A stretch of DNA of 31,916 nt from Calditrichia bacterium (GCA_037381445.1 JARRQT010000030.1:12003-43918), one strand, 5' to 3'; positions 1-10,353 are shown, counted from the first letter of the stretch. Made by a program: numbers and translations. Notes: a model not told the origin generated them from the sequence alone.

Positions 1-1367
1 TTTATGCGATCAGGAATCTCTTCCACCGTTTTCGGCATAGACTGGGATACGGTTTTTTTCAGGGCAGAAAAATAGGGTCGGAAAAGATAACCGTTGGCGG
101 CGAATCTTCCCGCAACAAAGGCCAGGGCGGCCGCAACGGCGCCAATCAGATTAAGAAATTTAATGGAAATGAAGAGCACTGTAAAGATCCCCGCCACTTC
201 GATAATTGTGGCCAACGTGATGGGCGAGGTGTTTTTACTGTTCACCAGAACCGATCTCTGGAAAGAAAGCAGGACAGTTAGTCCCGGCATAATGGCCATG
301 ATCCGGGCGGGGAGGATCGCAATGTGTGTCAAATCCATGGAGAGGCCGGAGATCGTGTGGAACCAGGTCACCGCCAGGGGTGTAAACGCCAGCAGTGAGA
401 GGCCGCCTATCACCGCAACGCCCAGCAGCGCGGCAAAATTCCGCAGGGGTACATATCCCTCATATTTCTCTCCCATCAGGGCAATCCCGGCCTCCTGAAA
501 GGAGAGACCGAGACTTCTGAATATGAACACCAGCGAGATGATGACCGGCAGCACGGCCAGCGATTCGATGGCCAGCCGGCTCTGCCCGACAAAGAAGGTT
601 ATCATCGGCTGCACGCCCAGGGCAATAATGGAGGTAAGGGCCAGCGGGTAATAGAATTTAAAAATATACCGGTAACTCAACTGGCTCGTACCGGACGCCT
701 CAGATTCTCCGGAGGACAAAAGGTATTTCACAGGCGAGCGGGCCATCGTTTTACTGGCAATGGCTTCCGAAGTGACGCCCATTGCCAGCGCCGCGCCGCC
801 TACCATGGCGCCGCTGATTTCCGAAAAATTGTATAGAATAACTGCCGTTGTAGACATGGCCGTGAGCCGAATGATAGTACCGTAGGCCACCCTACGGGTC
901 AGGTTGCTGCGGATCAGCACCCCCTGATAAAAACGCCGGTAGCCGATGGCTCCCGGCCAGGGTATCAGAAGAATGGTGGCCCAGTGGGTCAGGCGGGCAA
1001 CCTCAGCGGGCAGTCCGATCAGCCGCTCGGTGATGAAGTAAAATACCGGAGGGATGAGCAGAACTAACATCAGTGCTGTGATAGTCCCGTTCAGAAAATA
1101 GGTAAAATTTCGCAGCTTCAGGTAGGAATCGCCGTCCTTCACCAGCGCGGTGGCGGCGCTCATGATCATAATAATGGGCGCTTCCACAATTAATGCGAAG
1201 GAATAGGCCACGCCATAGGCCGCCAAATTGTATTTGGGCTCCGCCAGACGGGCGATTACCGCCGCCAGAAACGGCCCTTCCACGGCCATCATCAGCCAGG
1301 TGGCAGCCAGGGGGAGCCAGAAAATGAATATCCGCCTGTTATTTAACGACCGCGTTCTATCTGACAT
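1..1367 (-). CDS. MATE/MOP-superfamily (ANKH-like) multi-pass membrane transporter, 3' end runs off the window
   Basis: Not in the ORF track. Manual translation from ATG at 1367 gives MSDRTRSLNNRRIFIFWLPLAATWLMMAVEGPFLAAVIARLAEPKYNLAAYGVAYSFALIVEAP..., open to position 1 (~455 codons). About 12 hydrophobic segments in two similar halves (FWLPLAAT / FYYPLALT). Confidence 0.75.
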   Translation of the reverse strand, partial: MSDRTRSLNNRRIFIFWLPLAATWLMMAVEGPFLAAVIARLAEPKYNLAAYGVAYSFALIVEAPIIMIMSAATALVKDGDSYLKLRNFTYFLNGTITALMLVLLIPPVFYFITERLIGLPAEVARLTHWATILLIPWPGAIGYRRFYQGVLIRSNLTRRVAYGTIIRLTAMSTTAVILYNFSEISGAMVGGAALAMGVTSEAIASKTMARSPVKYLLSSGESEASGTSQLSYRYIFKFYYPLALTSIIALGVQPMITFFVGQSRLAIESLAVLPVIISLVFIFRSLGLSFQEAGIALMGEKYEGYVPLRNFAALLGVAVIGGLSLLAFTPLAVTWFHTISGLSMDLTHIAILPARIMAIMPGLTVLLSFQRSVLVNSKNTSPITLATIIEVAGIFTVLFISIKFLNLIGAVAAALAFVAGRFAANGYLFRPYFSALKKTVSQSMPKTVEEIPDRI

Positions 1368-1486
1368 AAGACGCAAATTTTCCTTTATTTTGATAAGATG
1401 TGGTAATAAAATTAGAACGGGTCTTTAACATAATTTAAATTAGCAATTTTCCGGTTTGCCAGTCTGCAGACCGGAGGGATGACGGC

Positions 1487-1516
1487 AATAAAAAAGGAGC
1501 CGGTTGAACGGCTCCT
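1487..1516 (-). terminator. Rho-independent terminator after tRNA-Leu
   Basis: Hairpin AGGAGCCG-gttgaa-CGGCTCCT with an adjacent A-tract (U-tract on minus strand). Confidence 0.75.
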
Positions 1517-1522
1517 CAGGTG

Positions 1523-1606
1523 TGCCGAGAGCGGGACTTGAACCCGCACGGGCTAATGCCCACTAGGTCCTGAACCTAGCGCGTCTGCCTATTCCACCAC
1601 CTCGGC
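1523..1606 (-). tRNA. tRNA-Leu(CAG)
   Basis: Reverse complement GCCGAGGTGGTGGAATAGGCAGACGCG-CTAGG-TTCAGGA-CCTAG-long variable arm-GGTTCAAGTCCC-GCTCTCGGCA. CCA not encoded. Confidence 0.97.
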
Positions 1607-1625
1607 ATATCATTTTCTGCGCCAA

Positions 1626-1654
1626 AATATAATTGCTGCGGTCGGGGAGTGCAA
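1626..1654 (-). promoter_or_regulatory. sigma70-type promoter for tRNA-Leu
   Basis: TTGCAC-N17-TATATT about 20 nt upstream of the tRNA 5' end. Confidence 0.6.
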
Positions 1655-1669
1655 GCAATTTTTTACAAT

Positions 1670-1694
1670 AAAAACCCCCGGCTCAGCGGGGTTT
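1670..1694 (-). terminator. Probable terminator after glmS
   Basis: Hairpin AAACCCCCG-gctcag-CGGGGTTT with one bulge and an A-tract, 20 nt past the glmS stop. Confidence 0.6.
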
Positions 1695-1713
1695 AAATTC
1701 CGATTTTCTCGTC

Positions 1714-3546
1714 CTATTCAACAGTCACGCTTTTCGCCAGATTCCTGGGCTGATCCACATCGCATCCCCGCATTACCGCAATATGATAGGCCAATAACTG
1801 CAGCGGGACAATGGAAATAATGGGCTGCAGCAGATTCAGGGTCATGGGAATGGGGATGGTATAATCCACCAGGTTATCCAATTTGTGATCTCCCTCGGAA
1901 ACCACCGCAATGACGCGTCCGCGGCGTGCTTTTACTTCCTCAATATTGCTCACAATTTTATCGTAGGTGCTGTCCTGCGTGGCGATTACCACCACCGGCA
2001 TGTCGTCATCGATCAGCGCGATGGGCCCGTGTTTCATTTCCGCCGCGGGATAGCCTTCGGCATGAATATAGGAAATTTCCTTCAGCTTGAGGGCGCCTTC
2101 CAGCGCCACCGGATAGTTATACCCGCGTCCCAGATAGAGGAAATTCCGCTTGTCCCGGAATTCGCCTGCGATATCCTTGACGAGGTCATCGGTCTTGAGG
2201 GCCTGCGCCACTTTATCCGGCAGGATCTTCATTTCTTTGACAATGGCGCGGCCTTCTTCTGCGGACATGGTTTTGGTTCTGGCCATCATCACCGTGAGAA
2301 GGGTCAGCGCAGTCACCTGCGAAGTGAAGGCTTTGGTGGAAGCCACCCCGATTTCCGGTCCGGCATGCACATAGGTGCCGCCGTGGGTTTCCCGCGCGAT
2401 GGAAGAACCCACCACATTCACGACGCCCATCACTGTGGCGCCCTTTCGTTTGGCCTCCCGCAGGGCCGCCAGCGTATCGGCCGTTTCCCCCGATTGACTG
2501 ATAACTACCACCAGGTTGTCATCGTTGATGATGGGATCGCGATACCTGAATTCCGAAGCATATTCCACCTCAACCGGTATCCTGCAGTACTCTTCAATCA
2601 TATACTCGCCGATCAGACCGGCGTGATAACTCGTTCCGCAGGCAGTGATGAATATCTTCCGTGAGCGCAGCACATTGTGCAGAATCGGGGTAAGTCCGCC
2701 AAGCTTGGCCACCCCTTCTTCTTCGAGCAACCGCCCGCGCATGGCGTCCGATACCGTTTTGGGCTGTTCATAAATTTCCTTGAGCATGAAATGCGGATAA
2801 CCGGCTTTCTCGATGCGCTCCAGATCAAAACTGATTTTTTCTATTTTTTTATGAATCACTTCATTTTCAATGGTTTTGGTCACGAACCCGTCGCGGCCGA
2901 TCACGGCGATTTCACCATCCTCCAGATAGAGCACATTGCGGGTATAGGCAATGATGGCGGCGGCATCGGAACCCAGAAAATATTCGCCTTCTCCGATTCC
3001 GATGACCAGTGGACTGCCATTCCGCGCGCAGAACAGCTTGTCCGGTTCATACCTGGTGATCAAAGCCAGTCCATAGGTGCCTTTCACCTCGTTCAGCGCC
3101 AAGCGAAAGGCTTCCTCAAAAGAAGTGCCGTTATGATAAAATTCTTCGATAAGATGGGCAATGATCTCCGTATCCGTTTCCGTCCGGAAGGTATGCCCGT
3201 TTTCCTTCAGCATTTTCTTAAGGGAATTGAAATTCTCAATGATGCCGTTATGCACCAGCACAATGTTCCCGGTGCAGTCGGTGTGCGGATGGGCGTTCTC
3301 CTTGTTGGGCTCTCCGTGAGTAGCCCAGCGGGTATGAGCAATGCCAAGCGTTCCCGTCATGGGCGTCCCGTTCAGGTCCCTCTCCAGGGCGGAAATTTTG
3401 CCGACCTGCTTTATCATATCAATTCTGCTGTCGTGCAGAATGGCGATGCCGGCGGAATCGTATCCCCGGTACTCCAGCCGCTTTAGCCCCGCCATCAGGA
3501 TTGGCCTTGCCTCCCTGTTCCCGATATAACCTACAATGCCGCACAT
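1714..3546 (-). CDS. glmS: glutamine--fructose-6-phosphate transaminase (isomerizing)
   Basis: N-terminal MCGIVG (Ntn Cys), HTRWATHG, SQSGETAD, C-terminal PRNLAKSVTVE; 610 aa. Confidence 0.99.
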   Translation of the reverse strand: MCGIVGYIGNREARPILMAGLKRLEYRGYDSAGIAILHDSRIDMIKQVGKISALERDLNGTPMTGTLGIAHTRWATHGEPNKENAHPHTDCTGNIVLVHNGIIENFNSLKKMLKENGHTFRTETDTEIIAHLIEEFYHNGTSFEEAFRLALNEVKGTYGLALITRYEPDKLFCARNGSPLVIGIGEGEYFLGSDAAAIIAYTRNVLYLEDGEIAVIGRDGFVTKTIENEVIHKKIEKISFDLERIEKAGYPHFMLKEIYEQPKTVSDAMRGRLLEEEGVAKLGGLTPILHNVLRSRKIFITACGTSYHAGLIGEYMIEEYCRIPVEVEYASEFRYRDPIINDDNLVVVISQSGETADTLAALREAKRKGATVMGVVNVVGSSIARETHGGTYVHAGPEIGVASTKAFTSQVTALTLLTVMMARTKTMSAEEGRAIVKEMKILPDKVAQALKTDDLVKDIAGEFRDKRNFLYLGRGYNYPVALEGALKLKEISYIHAEGYPAAEMKHGPIALIDDDMPVVVIATQDSTYDKIVSNIEEVKARRGRVIAVVSEGDHKLDNLVDYTIPIPMTLNLLQPIISIVPLQLLAYHIAVMRGCDVDQPRNLAKSVTVE

Positions 3547-3558
3547 AAGAACTCCTTT

Positions 3559-5094
3559 CTATTCCCATTCAATTGTTGCCGGCGGTTTGGAACTGACATC
3601 ATATACCACCCGATTGATTCCCTTGACTTCATTGATGATCCGATTCGAAATCGTGGCCAGTGCATCATAAGGGAATTCGTACCAGTCCGCGGTCATGCCA
3701 TCAGTACTGGTCACAGCCCGCAGCGCCAGAACATTTTCATACGTTCTCTCATCTCCCATCACGCCCACAGACTGAACCGGCAATAACACGGCAAATGCCT
3801 GCCAGATCTTGTCATATAATCCCGCGGCGCGCAATTCCTCAACATAAATACTATCGGCCTTCTTCAGAATATCTAAACGTGATTCGGTAATTTCTCCGAT
3901 AATGCGCACGGCAAGGCCGGGTCCGGGAAAAGGATGCCGGCCCACCAGTTCTTCCGGCAGCCCCAGTTGCCGGCCCGCCGCTCTCACTTCATCTTTAAAA
4001 AGTTCACGGAGCGGTTCAAGCAGCTTAAAATTCATCCGTTCCGGCAGACCGCCCACATTATGGTGCGATTTTATAGTGGCCGAGGGTCCCTTAAAACTCA
4101 CGCTTTCGATGACATCCGGATAAAGGGTGCCCTGCGCCAGAAATTTGAATTCTCCGATTTTGTGCGCTTCCTGTTCAAATACTTCGATAAATGTTTCCCC
4201 GATGATCTTCCGTTTCTGCTCCGGATCAACAACATGGCGCAATTTAGAGAGGAACTGCCTGGCGGCGGTGACAGAGATCAAGTTTATGTGGAAGTGTTCC
4301 CGGAACACCGTTTCCACCTCCTGTGCTTCATTTTCCCGCAGCAGTCCGGTGTCGATGAACATGCAGGTCAGCTGGTCGCCGATGGCTTTGTGAATCAAAA
4401 GCGCCGCCACGCTGGAATCCACGCCCCCGCTTAATCCCAGTAGCACTTTGTCGTTCCCGGCCTGCTCCCGGATTTTTCTGATCGAAAATTCAATGAAAGA
4501 TTCCGTGGACCAGTCCCCCTTCAGGCCGCAGACCTCAAACAGAAAATTTTTCAATATCTGGCTGCCGTAGGCGGTGTGATGGACTTCGGGATGAAACTGC
4601 AGTCCGTATATTCTTTGGGAATGATTGGCAACCGCGGCAATCGGCGAATTGGCAGTATGTCCGATGATCTCAAAGCCTTCCGGTAATCGGGTGAGGTGGT
4701 CCCCGTGGCTCATCCACACCCGCGTGGGTCCGGGGATATTTTTGAAAAGGGATTCATCTGGTTTGAAATAGAGCTCCGCGCGGCCGTATTCCCGGCGGGC
4801 GGCCCGGTCCACTTCACCATTCATCAGATAGGCAATAAGCTGCAGGCCATAGCAGATCCCCAGAACCGGCAGGCCAAGCCGGAATAGTTCCCTGCTTATC
4901 CTGGGAGCGTCATCGGAATAAACCGAAGAGGGTCCGCCGGACAGCACGATTGCTTTGATGGCAGGGTCATTTTGTATCTTTTCTATGGGATAATTGAAGG
5001 GCTGGATTTCGGAATAAACAGACAACTCCCGGATTTTCCGGGCAATGAGCTGGGTGTACTGCGACCCAAAATCGAGAATCAAAACTTTTTCCAT
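3559..5094 (-). CDS. guaA: GMP synthase (glutamine-hydrolyzing)
   Basis: [44 protein letters not shown]. Confidence 0.99.
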   Translation of the reverse strand: MEKVLILDFGSQYTQLIARKIRELSVYSEIQPFNYPIEKIQNDPAIKAIVLSGGPSSVYSDDAPRISRELFRLGLPVLGICYGLQLIAYLMNGEVDRAARREYGRAELYFKPDESLFKNIPGPTRVWMSHGDHLTRLPEGFEIIGHTANSPIAAVANHSQRIYGLQFHPEVHHTAYGSQILKNFLFEVCGLKGDWSTESFIEFSIRKIREQAGNDKVLLGLSGGVDSSVAALLIHKAIGDQLTCMFIDTGLLRENEAQEVETVFREHFHINLISVTAARQFLSKLRHVVDPEQKRKIIGETFIEVFEQEAHKIGEFKFLAQGTLYPDVIESVSFKGPSATIKSHHNVGGLPERMNFKLLEPLRELFKDEVRAAGRQLGLPEELVGRHPFPGPGLAVRIIGEITESRLDILKKADSIYVEELRAAGLYDKIWQAFAVLLPVQSVGVMGDERTYENVLALRAVTSTDGMTADWYEFPYDALATISNRIINEVKGINRVVYDVSSKPPATIEWE

Positions 5095-5867
5095 CAGGGT
5101 AATCTAATCTCCCAGTTTTTCAAATCTTCAATCGACTTATAATCCGTGAGGTCAAATTGAATAGGCGTGATGGCGACATAATTATTTGTAATCGCCACAT
5201 CATCCACATCCGAATCACTGTCCAGCAGCATCTTCTTACCGGTGAGCCAGTAATATTTGCGGTTCATGGGGTCCACCCGTTTCTCAAAAAATTCTTCGTA
5301 GCGGGCCCTTCCCTGACGGGTAATTTTTACGCCCTTGATTTCTTCCTCTGGCAAAGCCGGAATATTGACGTTCAGCAGCGTGCCGTTGGGCAGTCCTTGC
5401 TCGAGGACTCTTTTCGCCAGATATATCGCAAATTTGGAGGCAAAATCAAAATTTGATTTACGGAAGGAGGTCAGCGAAAAGGCGATGGAAGGAATACCCA
5501 TCAGCGTTCCCTCGGTGGCCGCCGATACGGTTCCGGAATAGATCACATTGATGGCGGTATTGGGCCCCTGGTTGATGCCGGATACCACCAGGTCCGGCTT
5601 TTCGTTCAGTATTGCCTTCACGCCGATCTTCACGCAATCGGCCGGCGTCCCGTTCACCGCGTGCCCGAAAAAAGATCCGTTCTTTTCATACTCCCACTCC
5701 CGGAGCGGATCGGATATGGTAATGGCGTGTCCCGCGGCGCTTCGTTCGGAGTCCGGCGCCACCACCCGGGCGTCACCGATTTCTTTCATCGCATTATATA
5801 AGGCATAAATGCCGGGCGCGGAAATGCCATCGTCATTGGTCACCAGAATCAGCGGTCTCTTACTCAT
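5094..5867 (-). CDS. surE: 5'/3'-nucleotidase SurE
   Basis: [33 protein letters not shown]. Start reassigned to ATG 5867 (RBS GAGGGAG). TGATG overlap with guaA. Confidence 0.97.
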   Translation of the reverse strand: MSKRPLILVTNDDGISAPGIYALYNAMKEIGDARVVAPDSERSAAGHAITISDPLREWEYEKNGSFFGHAVNGTPADCVKIGVKAILNEKPDLVVSGINQGPNTAINVIYSGTVSAATEGTLMGIPSIAFSLTSFRKSNFDFASKFAIYLAKRVLEQGLPNGTLLNVNIPALPEEEIKGVKITRQGRARYEEFFEKRVDPMNRKYYWLTGKKMLLDSDSDVDDVAITNNYVAITPIQFDLTDYKSIEDLKNWEIRLP

Positions 5868-5934
5868 TTCTCCCTCTTGTAAAAAATACTCCAAATACCA
5901 TTCTTTTCATTCAATCCGCACCATTTAATGGCCG

Positions 5935-5967
5935 AAAAACAAACCGGTTTCATTGAAGGGAAACCGG
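5935..5967 (-). terminator. Possible terminator after accD
   Basis: CCGGTTTC-N8-GAAACCGG with an A-rich flank. Confidence 0.5.
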
Positions 5968-5978
5968 ATTAAAAATAA

Positions 5979-6857
5979 TTATTCGGTCTTTTCGCCCGCT
6001 TCTTCGGCAGGCGTTTCGTTCTTCGCATTGAGCAGTTCAATAATGCGGCCCACCGTCGGCCGCATTTCCATCCGGTGAACAATCATATCAACAAATCCGT
6101 GCTCCAGCAAAAACTCCGCGCGCTGGAAGCCTTCCGGCAGATCCTGCCCGATGGTCTGTTTGATCACCCGCTGCCCCGCAAAACCGATGAGAGCGCTCGG
6201 TTCGGCAATCTGCACATCTCCCAGCATGGCAAAGCTCGCCGTTGTCCCGCCGGTGGTGGGATCGGTCAGGATACTGATGTAAGGCAGACCGGCATCGGCC
6301 AGTTGCGATAGCTTGGCGCTGGTTTTCGCCATCTGCATCAGGGAAAAGGCAGCTTCCATCATACGGGCTCCGCCGGAGGCCGAAACGATGATCATCGGTA
6401 TTTTATTTTCCCGGGCCTGATCGATGGCGCGCGAGATTTTCTCCCCGACCACCGAACCCATGCTGCCGCCAATGAAAGTAAAATCCATCACGGCTGCCGA
6501 CACGCGGTGACCCATAACGGTGCCGAAACCGGTCACCACGGCATCCAGCAAACCGGTTTTTTTCTGGGCGTCTTTCAGGCGGTCGACGTATTTTTTCTTA
6601 TCCCGGAAATTAAGGGGATCGCCGGGAGCAATGTGCTCATTGAATTCTTCGAAGCTATTCTCATCAAACAGATATTCAATGTACTCGCGGGATGACACCC
6701 GGAAATGATACTCGCATTTCGGACACACATTCATCCTGTTCTGCAACTGACTGCGATAGATAATCTCACCGCACTGGTCGCATTTGATCCAGAGACCGTC
6801 AGGCAGCACTTTCTTCTCAACAGTGGAAATGCCTTTTTTCTTTTTAAACCAATCCAT
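5979..6857 (-). CDS. accD: acetyl-CoA carboxylase carboxyltransferase subunit beta
   Basis: C4 zinc finger LWIKCDQC...CPKC, GGSMGSVVGEKI, GGARMME, FQRAEFLLEHG. Start at ATG 6857 (MDWFKKKK). Confidence 0.98.
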   Translation of the reverse strand: MDWFKKKKGISTVEKKVLPDGLWIKCDQCGEIIYRSQLQNRMNVCPKCEYHFRVSSREYIEYLFDENSFEEFNEHIAPGDPLNFRDKKKYVDRLKDAQKKTGLLDAVVTGFGTVMGHRVSAAVMDFTFIGGSMGSVVGEKISRAIDQARENKIPMIIVSASGGARMMEAAFSLMQMAKTSAKLSQLADAGLPYISILTDPTTGGTTASFAMLGDVQIAEPSALIGFAGQRVIKQTIGQDLPEGFQRAEFLLEHGFVDMIVHRMEMRPTVGRIIELLNAKNETPAEEAGEKTE

Positions 6858-6880
6858 TATAGCCCCCAAAAAATTTATGC

Positions 6881-6909
6881 AAAATAACAAAAAAAGTGCC
6901 TGAATTCAA
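6881..6909 (-). promoter_or_regulatory. candidate promoter for accD
   Basis: TTGAAT-N17-TATTTT upstream of the accD start. Confidence 0.45.
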
Positions 6910-7079
6910 AAACTTTGTTTTATGACGCATTCAAAGGATAATCAAACATTTATGGAAATCGGAGAAGGATTGATACGGGTCTTTTTTTGATCTGGTTTAC
7001 CCGGCAGAAATCTGAGGTATGAAGGCAAAATTGGAGATAGAATAGAAAAAAATTGTGGCCGCGTTTGGGAACCGAATTG

Positions 7080-7541
7080 TTAATCCGCCTTCCCGGGGAC
7101 AGGCTTTTTCACAAACATTTTCTGCATGACCAGGGCCGTTTCTCCGTTTGCATAATAGCGCTCCCGTTTCAGAATGGTTTTGAAGCCGTACTTCTCATAC
7201 AGGGAAATGGCCCGCAGATTACTTTCCCTCACCTCCAGCAGGGCATAGGAGGATTCATCGGCGTATTTGAGGATTTCCTCAAAAAAATAAGTGCCTCGTT
7301 TCTTGCCCTGAAACTCGGGACGGATAGCGAAATTGGCGATGTGGAATTCTTCGAAAATTTTCCAGATGATTGCATACCCGATAATTTCGCCGGACTCTTC
7401 CAGAACCAGGGGAATGGCAAAGGGATTATTATGGACTTCATGCCGGAAGCTGTTGTATGACCAGGGATCTGGAAAAATCCGGCTTTCCAGAATGACCACC
7501 GTATCCAGATCGGACTCTTTCATGCGGCGAATTTTCATCAC
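7080..7541 (-). CDS. rimI: ribosomal protein S18-alanine N-acetyltransferase (GNAT)
   Basis: FPDPWS, LLEVRESNLRAISLYEKYGF, RERYYANGETALVM; follows tsaB. Confidence 0.92.
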   Translation of the reverse strand: MMKIRRMKESDLDTVVILESRIFPDPWSYNSFRHEVHNNPFAIPLVLEESGEIIGYAIIWKIFEEFHIANFAIRPEFQGKKRGTYFFEEILKYADESSYALLEVRESNLRAISLYEKYGFKTILKRERYYANGETALVMQKMFVKKPVPGKAD

Positions 7542-8230
7542 ATGACTCCCTTGAAGGCGCGCATGTAGAGCGGCTCACATTCCCCTGCAGTACTGATTTC
7601 ACCGGCCAGAAATTTCTGATAGGCCAGCGACTGAAGCGCCCAGTTCTGGGGATCCGTTATCATCGGATACGGAAATTTTGCATAAGCCCCGTCGTATTCA
7701 GCTATTTTCTCTTTCAGCTTCGGCACATCGCCTCCCACGATTAAGGTAGGCCGGGTGAGAAAACCGGAAAGGTTTTGCAGGGCAAGGAGCCGGTAATCTT
7801 CGTCCCTTTGCAGCGATTCATCATTCCAGTGGTACAGACCGCAAAAAATTTCCTGGCGGTGCGCATCGATTACCGACAAAACCGGCAGCCTGCTGCGGCC
7901 CTGCTGGTACGCCCAGATATCCAGCGTGGGGACCTGAATGATCGGCACATGCATGGCATGGGCCAGCCCTTTAGCCAAGCTGTATCCGATGCGCAAACCG
8001 GTGAAAGAACCGGGTCCCGCGGACAGCGCAATGGCGTTAATATCATCATATTTCAGATTGGCGTGTTCCAGCACCTGATCCGCCATCAAAGCCAGCCGCC
8101 GGGAATGGATGTTTTTTCTGTTCAACGACATGTAAGCCAGCAGCTGGTCATTCACGGAAACCGCCACACCGGAAGTGAGGCCGCTGGTTTCAATTCCCAA
8201 AATACATATGTTATCTTTATTATCAATCAT
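7538..8230 (-). CDS. tsaB: tRNA t6A37 threonylcarbamoyltransferase complex subunit TsaB
   Basis: ILGIETSG, HSRRL, GPGSFTGLRIG, IDAHRQEIF, EPLYMR. Start reassigned to ATG 8230. Confidence 0.95.
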   Translation of the reverse strand: MIDNKDNICILGIETSGLTSGVAVSVNDQLLAYMSLNRKNIHSRRLALMADQVLEHANLKYDDINAIALSAGPGSFTGLRIGYSLAKGLAHAMHVPIIQVPTLDIWAYQQGRSRLPVLSVIDAHRQEIFCGLYHWNDESLQRDEDYRLLALQNLSGFLTRPTLIVGGDVPKLKEKIAEYDGAYAKFPYPMITDPQNWALQSLAYQKFLAGEISTAGECEPLYMRAFKGVM

Positions 8231-8699
8231 TTGAACCGTCTTCTTTTCGTTTGATGGTAATCCGGCGGTTTTCAGGATGGTGCGCAATAAAATCAAGATA
8301 AATCTCCCAGCGGGCGGCAGGCAGATAATCCTGGATCTTGTCCGCCCATTCCACCAGGCACAGGTAATCATTGTAAAAAAATTCATCCAGCCCCAGATTC
8401 ACCAGCTCAGCCTCGCTCTCCAGCCGGTAGAAATCAAAATGGTAGACCAGCAAACCCTGCCGGGCCTCATATTCATTGATGATGGTGAAACTGGGAGAGG
8501 TGGCTTCCCGGGCGCACCCCAGCGCATGGCACAGGGTTTTGATAAAAAAAGTTTTGCCGCTCCCCAAATCGCCGTAAAACGCCACCAAATCGCCCGGCTT
8601 TACAATTCCGGCAAAACGCAGGGCGATGATCTGAGTTTCTTCCGGGGACTGAGCTTCTTCCTGCAAATACAGCTTTTCCTTCACATCACGATCTTCCAT
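8223..8699 (-). CDS. tsaE: tRNA t6A37 ATPase TsaE
   Basis: Walker A GDLGSGKT, TSPSFTIINEY, HFDFYRL, LVEWA. Confidence 0.97.
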   Translation of the reverse strand: MEDRDVKEKLYLQEEAQSPEETQIIALRFAGIVKPGDLVAFYGDLGSGKTFFIKTLCHALGCAREATSPSFTIINEYEARQGLLVYHFDFYRLESEAELVNLGLDEFFYNDYLCLVEWADKIQDYLPAARWEIYLDFIAHHPENRRITIKRKEDGSND

Positions 8700-8725
8700 T
8701 GACTTTCTTCCTCACGAAGTCGCAA

Positions 8726-8754
8726 AATATAGGCAAAATTTCCCGCCAATTCAT
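8726..8754 (-). promoter_or_regulatory. candidate promoter for tsaE-tsaB-rimI
   Basis: ATGAAT-N17-TATATT(TTGCG); same -10 as the tRNA promoters but a weaker -35. Confidence 0.4.
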
Positions 8755-8796
8755 TTAAAAAGAGAGATTTTCGAAAATGCCGTTGGTCGTTGACTG

Positions 8797-10353
8797 TTAT
8801 TTGGGCTGCAATTTTATGACCGGCAGAATCATCTCCTCCAGCGAAATCCCGCCATGCTGGAAACTGTCCCTGTAATAGGCCAGATATTTATGATAATTCG
8901 TCGGATAAACGAAGTAAAAATCTTCCTTGGCGATGATATAATTGATGTTGAAATTCCGCTGGGGAAGTTTATAGTCCCTCGGATTCCGTACAAAAATTGC
9001 GTGTTTGGATTCTATTTTCAGATTTCGCCCGAATTTGTAACGCAGGTTGGTGCTCGCTTCACGGTCCCCGATAACCTTTGTGCCCCGCAGACTGCGCACA
9101 CTGCCGTGGTCGCTGGTGACGATGACCGTAACGTCCTGGGCCGCCAGCATCTTGAATACATTATAAATTGGCGAGTGTTCGAACCAGGAACGGGTCAGCG
9201 AGCGGTAAGACGGCTCATCGGGAGCGATCTCTTTCAGAATCGGCAGATCGGAGCGGCTATGCGCCAGAATATCCACAAAATTCACCACGATGCTGAGAAT
9301 GGGAGAATCCAGATAACTGAGCAGGTTCTTTTCAAGATTACGGGCTTCATCCACATTGAGGACTTTCACATACTTGGGTTCACTCTGGAGCTTGACCCCC
9401 AGCACCCGCAGCTGATCATACATAAGGGTGCTTTCGTAGCGGTTGCGGCTGAAATCATCGTCTTCTCCCTGCGCCCACAATTCAGGATAACGCCTTTCAA
9501 TATCCAGCGGATACAGGCCGCTGAAAATTGCGTTTCGTGCAAAAGGGGTAGCGGTGGGAAGAATGGAATAGTAGTAATCCTTATCGATATTGAAATAATT
9601 GTAGAAAAACGGTTCCAGGGTCAGCCACTGATCGAGGCGCAGGCAGTCGATGACCACGAACACCACTTTTCGCCCGGCCTTGATTTCCGGATACAGAAAC
9701 TCTTTCACCACATCGATTGAGAGTGCGGGCCGGTCGATCTTTTCATCGATCCAGTCCTTGTAGCGTTTCTCCACGAACTTGCCGAATTCCACATTGCATT
9801 CCCGGCGCTGATCGTAAATGACGTCCCGCATATGCTGGTCGCTCATGGAATCCAGTTCCAGGTCCCAGTTGGTCAGTTTCAGATACATGTCGATCCAGTC
9901 CTGGTAGTCCAGATTTCCCATCAGTTTCAGGGCAATCTCGTTTATTTTCTGGGAATAGGACTCGGTCATTCGCTTCTGGGAAATGTTGCGCGATTCCAGA
10001 AATTTCTTGCAGGCCATCAGAATCTGGCTGGGATTTACCGGTTTGGTCAGATAATCGTCTACCTTGGAGCCGATGGCGTCTTCCATCAGGCTCTCTTCCT
10101 CGTTTTTGGTAATCATGATTACCGGCAGCCCGGGCTTATTCTGCTTGATTTCTCCAAGGGTGGTGAGCCCGTCCTTCCCCGGCATCATTTCATCCAGAAG
10201 AACCAGATCGAAATTTTTGTCCTTCACCAGTGATATGGCGTCATCGGCGTTGGTGGCCGTTTCCACGTCATATCCGCGGTCATTCAAAAACAAGATATGA
10301 GGTCTTAAAAATTCAATTTCATCATCGACCCATAGTATTCTATTTTTTGCCAT
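8797..10353 (-). CDS. porX: PorX-like response regulator (receiver domain + PglZ/alkaline-phosphatase-superfamily domain)
   Basis: REC motifs ILWVDDE, LLDEMMPG, MITK, YLTKP. PglZ motifs VIDCLRLDQW, LPTATPFARNAIFSG, DILAHS, TSDHG, FQHGGISLEEM. 518 aa, next to tsaE as Bacteroidota porX is. Confidence 0.88.
   Translation of the reverse strand: MAKNRILWVDDEIEFLRPHILFLNDRGYDVETATNADDAISLVKDKNFDLVLLDEMMPGKDGLTTLGEIKQNKPGLPVIMITKNEEESLMEDAIGSKVDDYLTKPVNPSQILMACKKFLESRNISQKRMTESYSQKINEIALKLMGNLDYQDWIDMYLKLTNWDLELDSMSDQHMRDVIYDQRRECNVEFGKFVEKRYKDWIDEKIDRPALSIDVVKEFLYPEIKAGRKVVFVVIDCLRLDQWLTLEPFFYNYFNIDKDYYYSILPTATPFARNAIFSGLYPLDIERRYPELWAQGEDDDFSRNRYESTLMYDQLRVLGVKLQSEPKYVKVLNVDEARNLEKNLLSYLDSPILSIVVNFVDILAHSRSDLPILKEIAPDEPSYRSLTRSWFEHSPIYNVFKMLAAQDVTVIVTSDHGSVRSLRGTKVIGDREASTNLRYKFGRNLKIESKHAIFVRNPRDYKLPQRNFNINYIIAKEDFYFVYPTNYHKYLAYYRDSFQHGGISLEEMILPVIKLQPK

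Noticed and set aside
94..498. 134-aa plus-strand ORF
   Set aside because: Antisense to the MATE/ANKH-like transporter gene
3547..3558. glmS ribozyme upstream of glmS
   Set aside because: Only 12 nt separate guaA and glmS, leaving no room
8797..10353. BREX defence system suggested by the PglZ domain
   Set aside because: PglZ is fused to a receiver domain (PorX architecture) and no brxC, pglX or brxL is present
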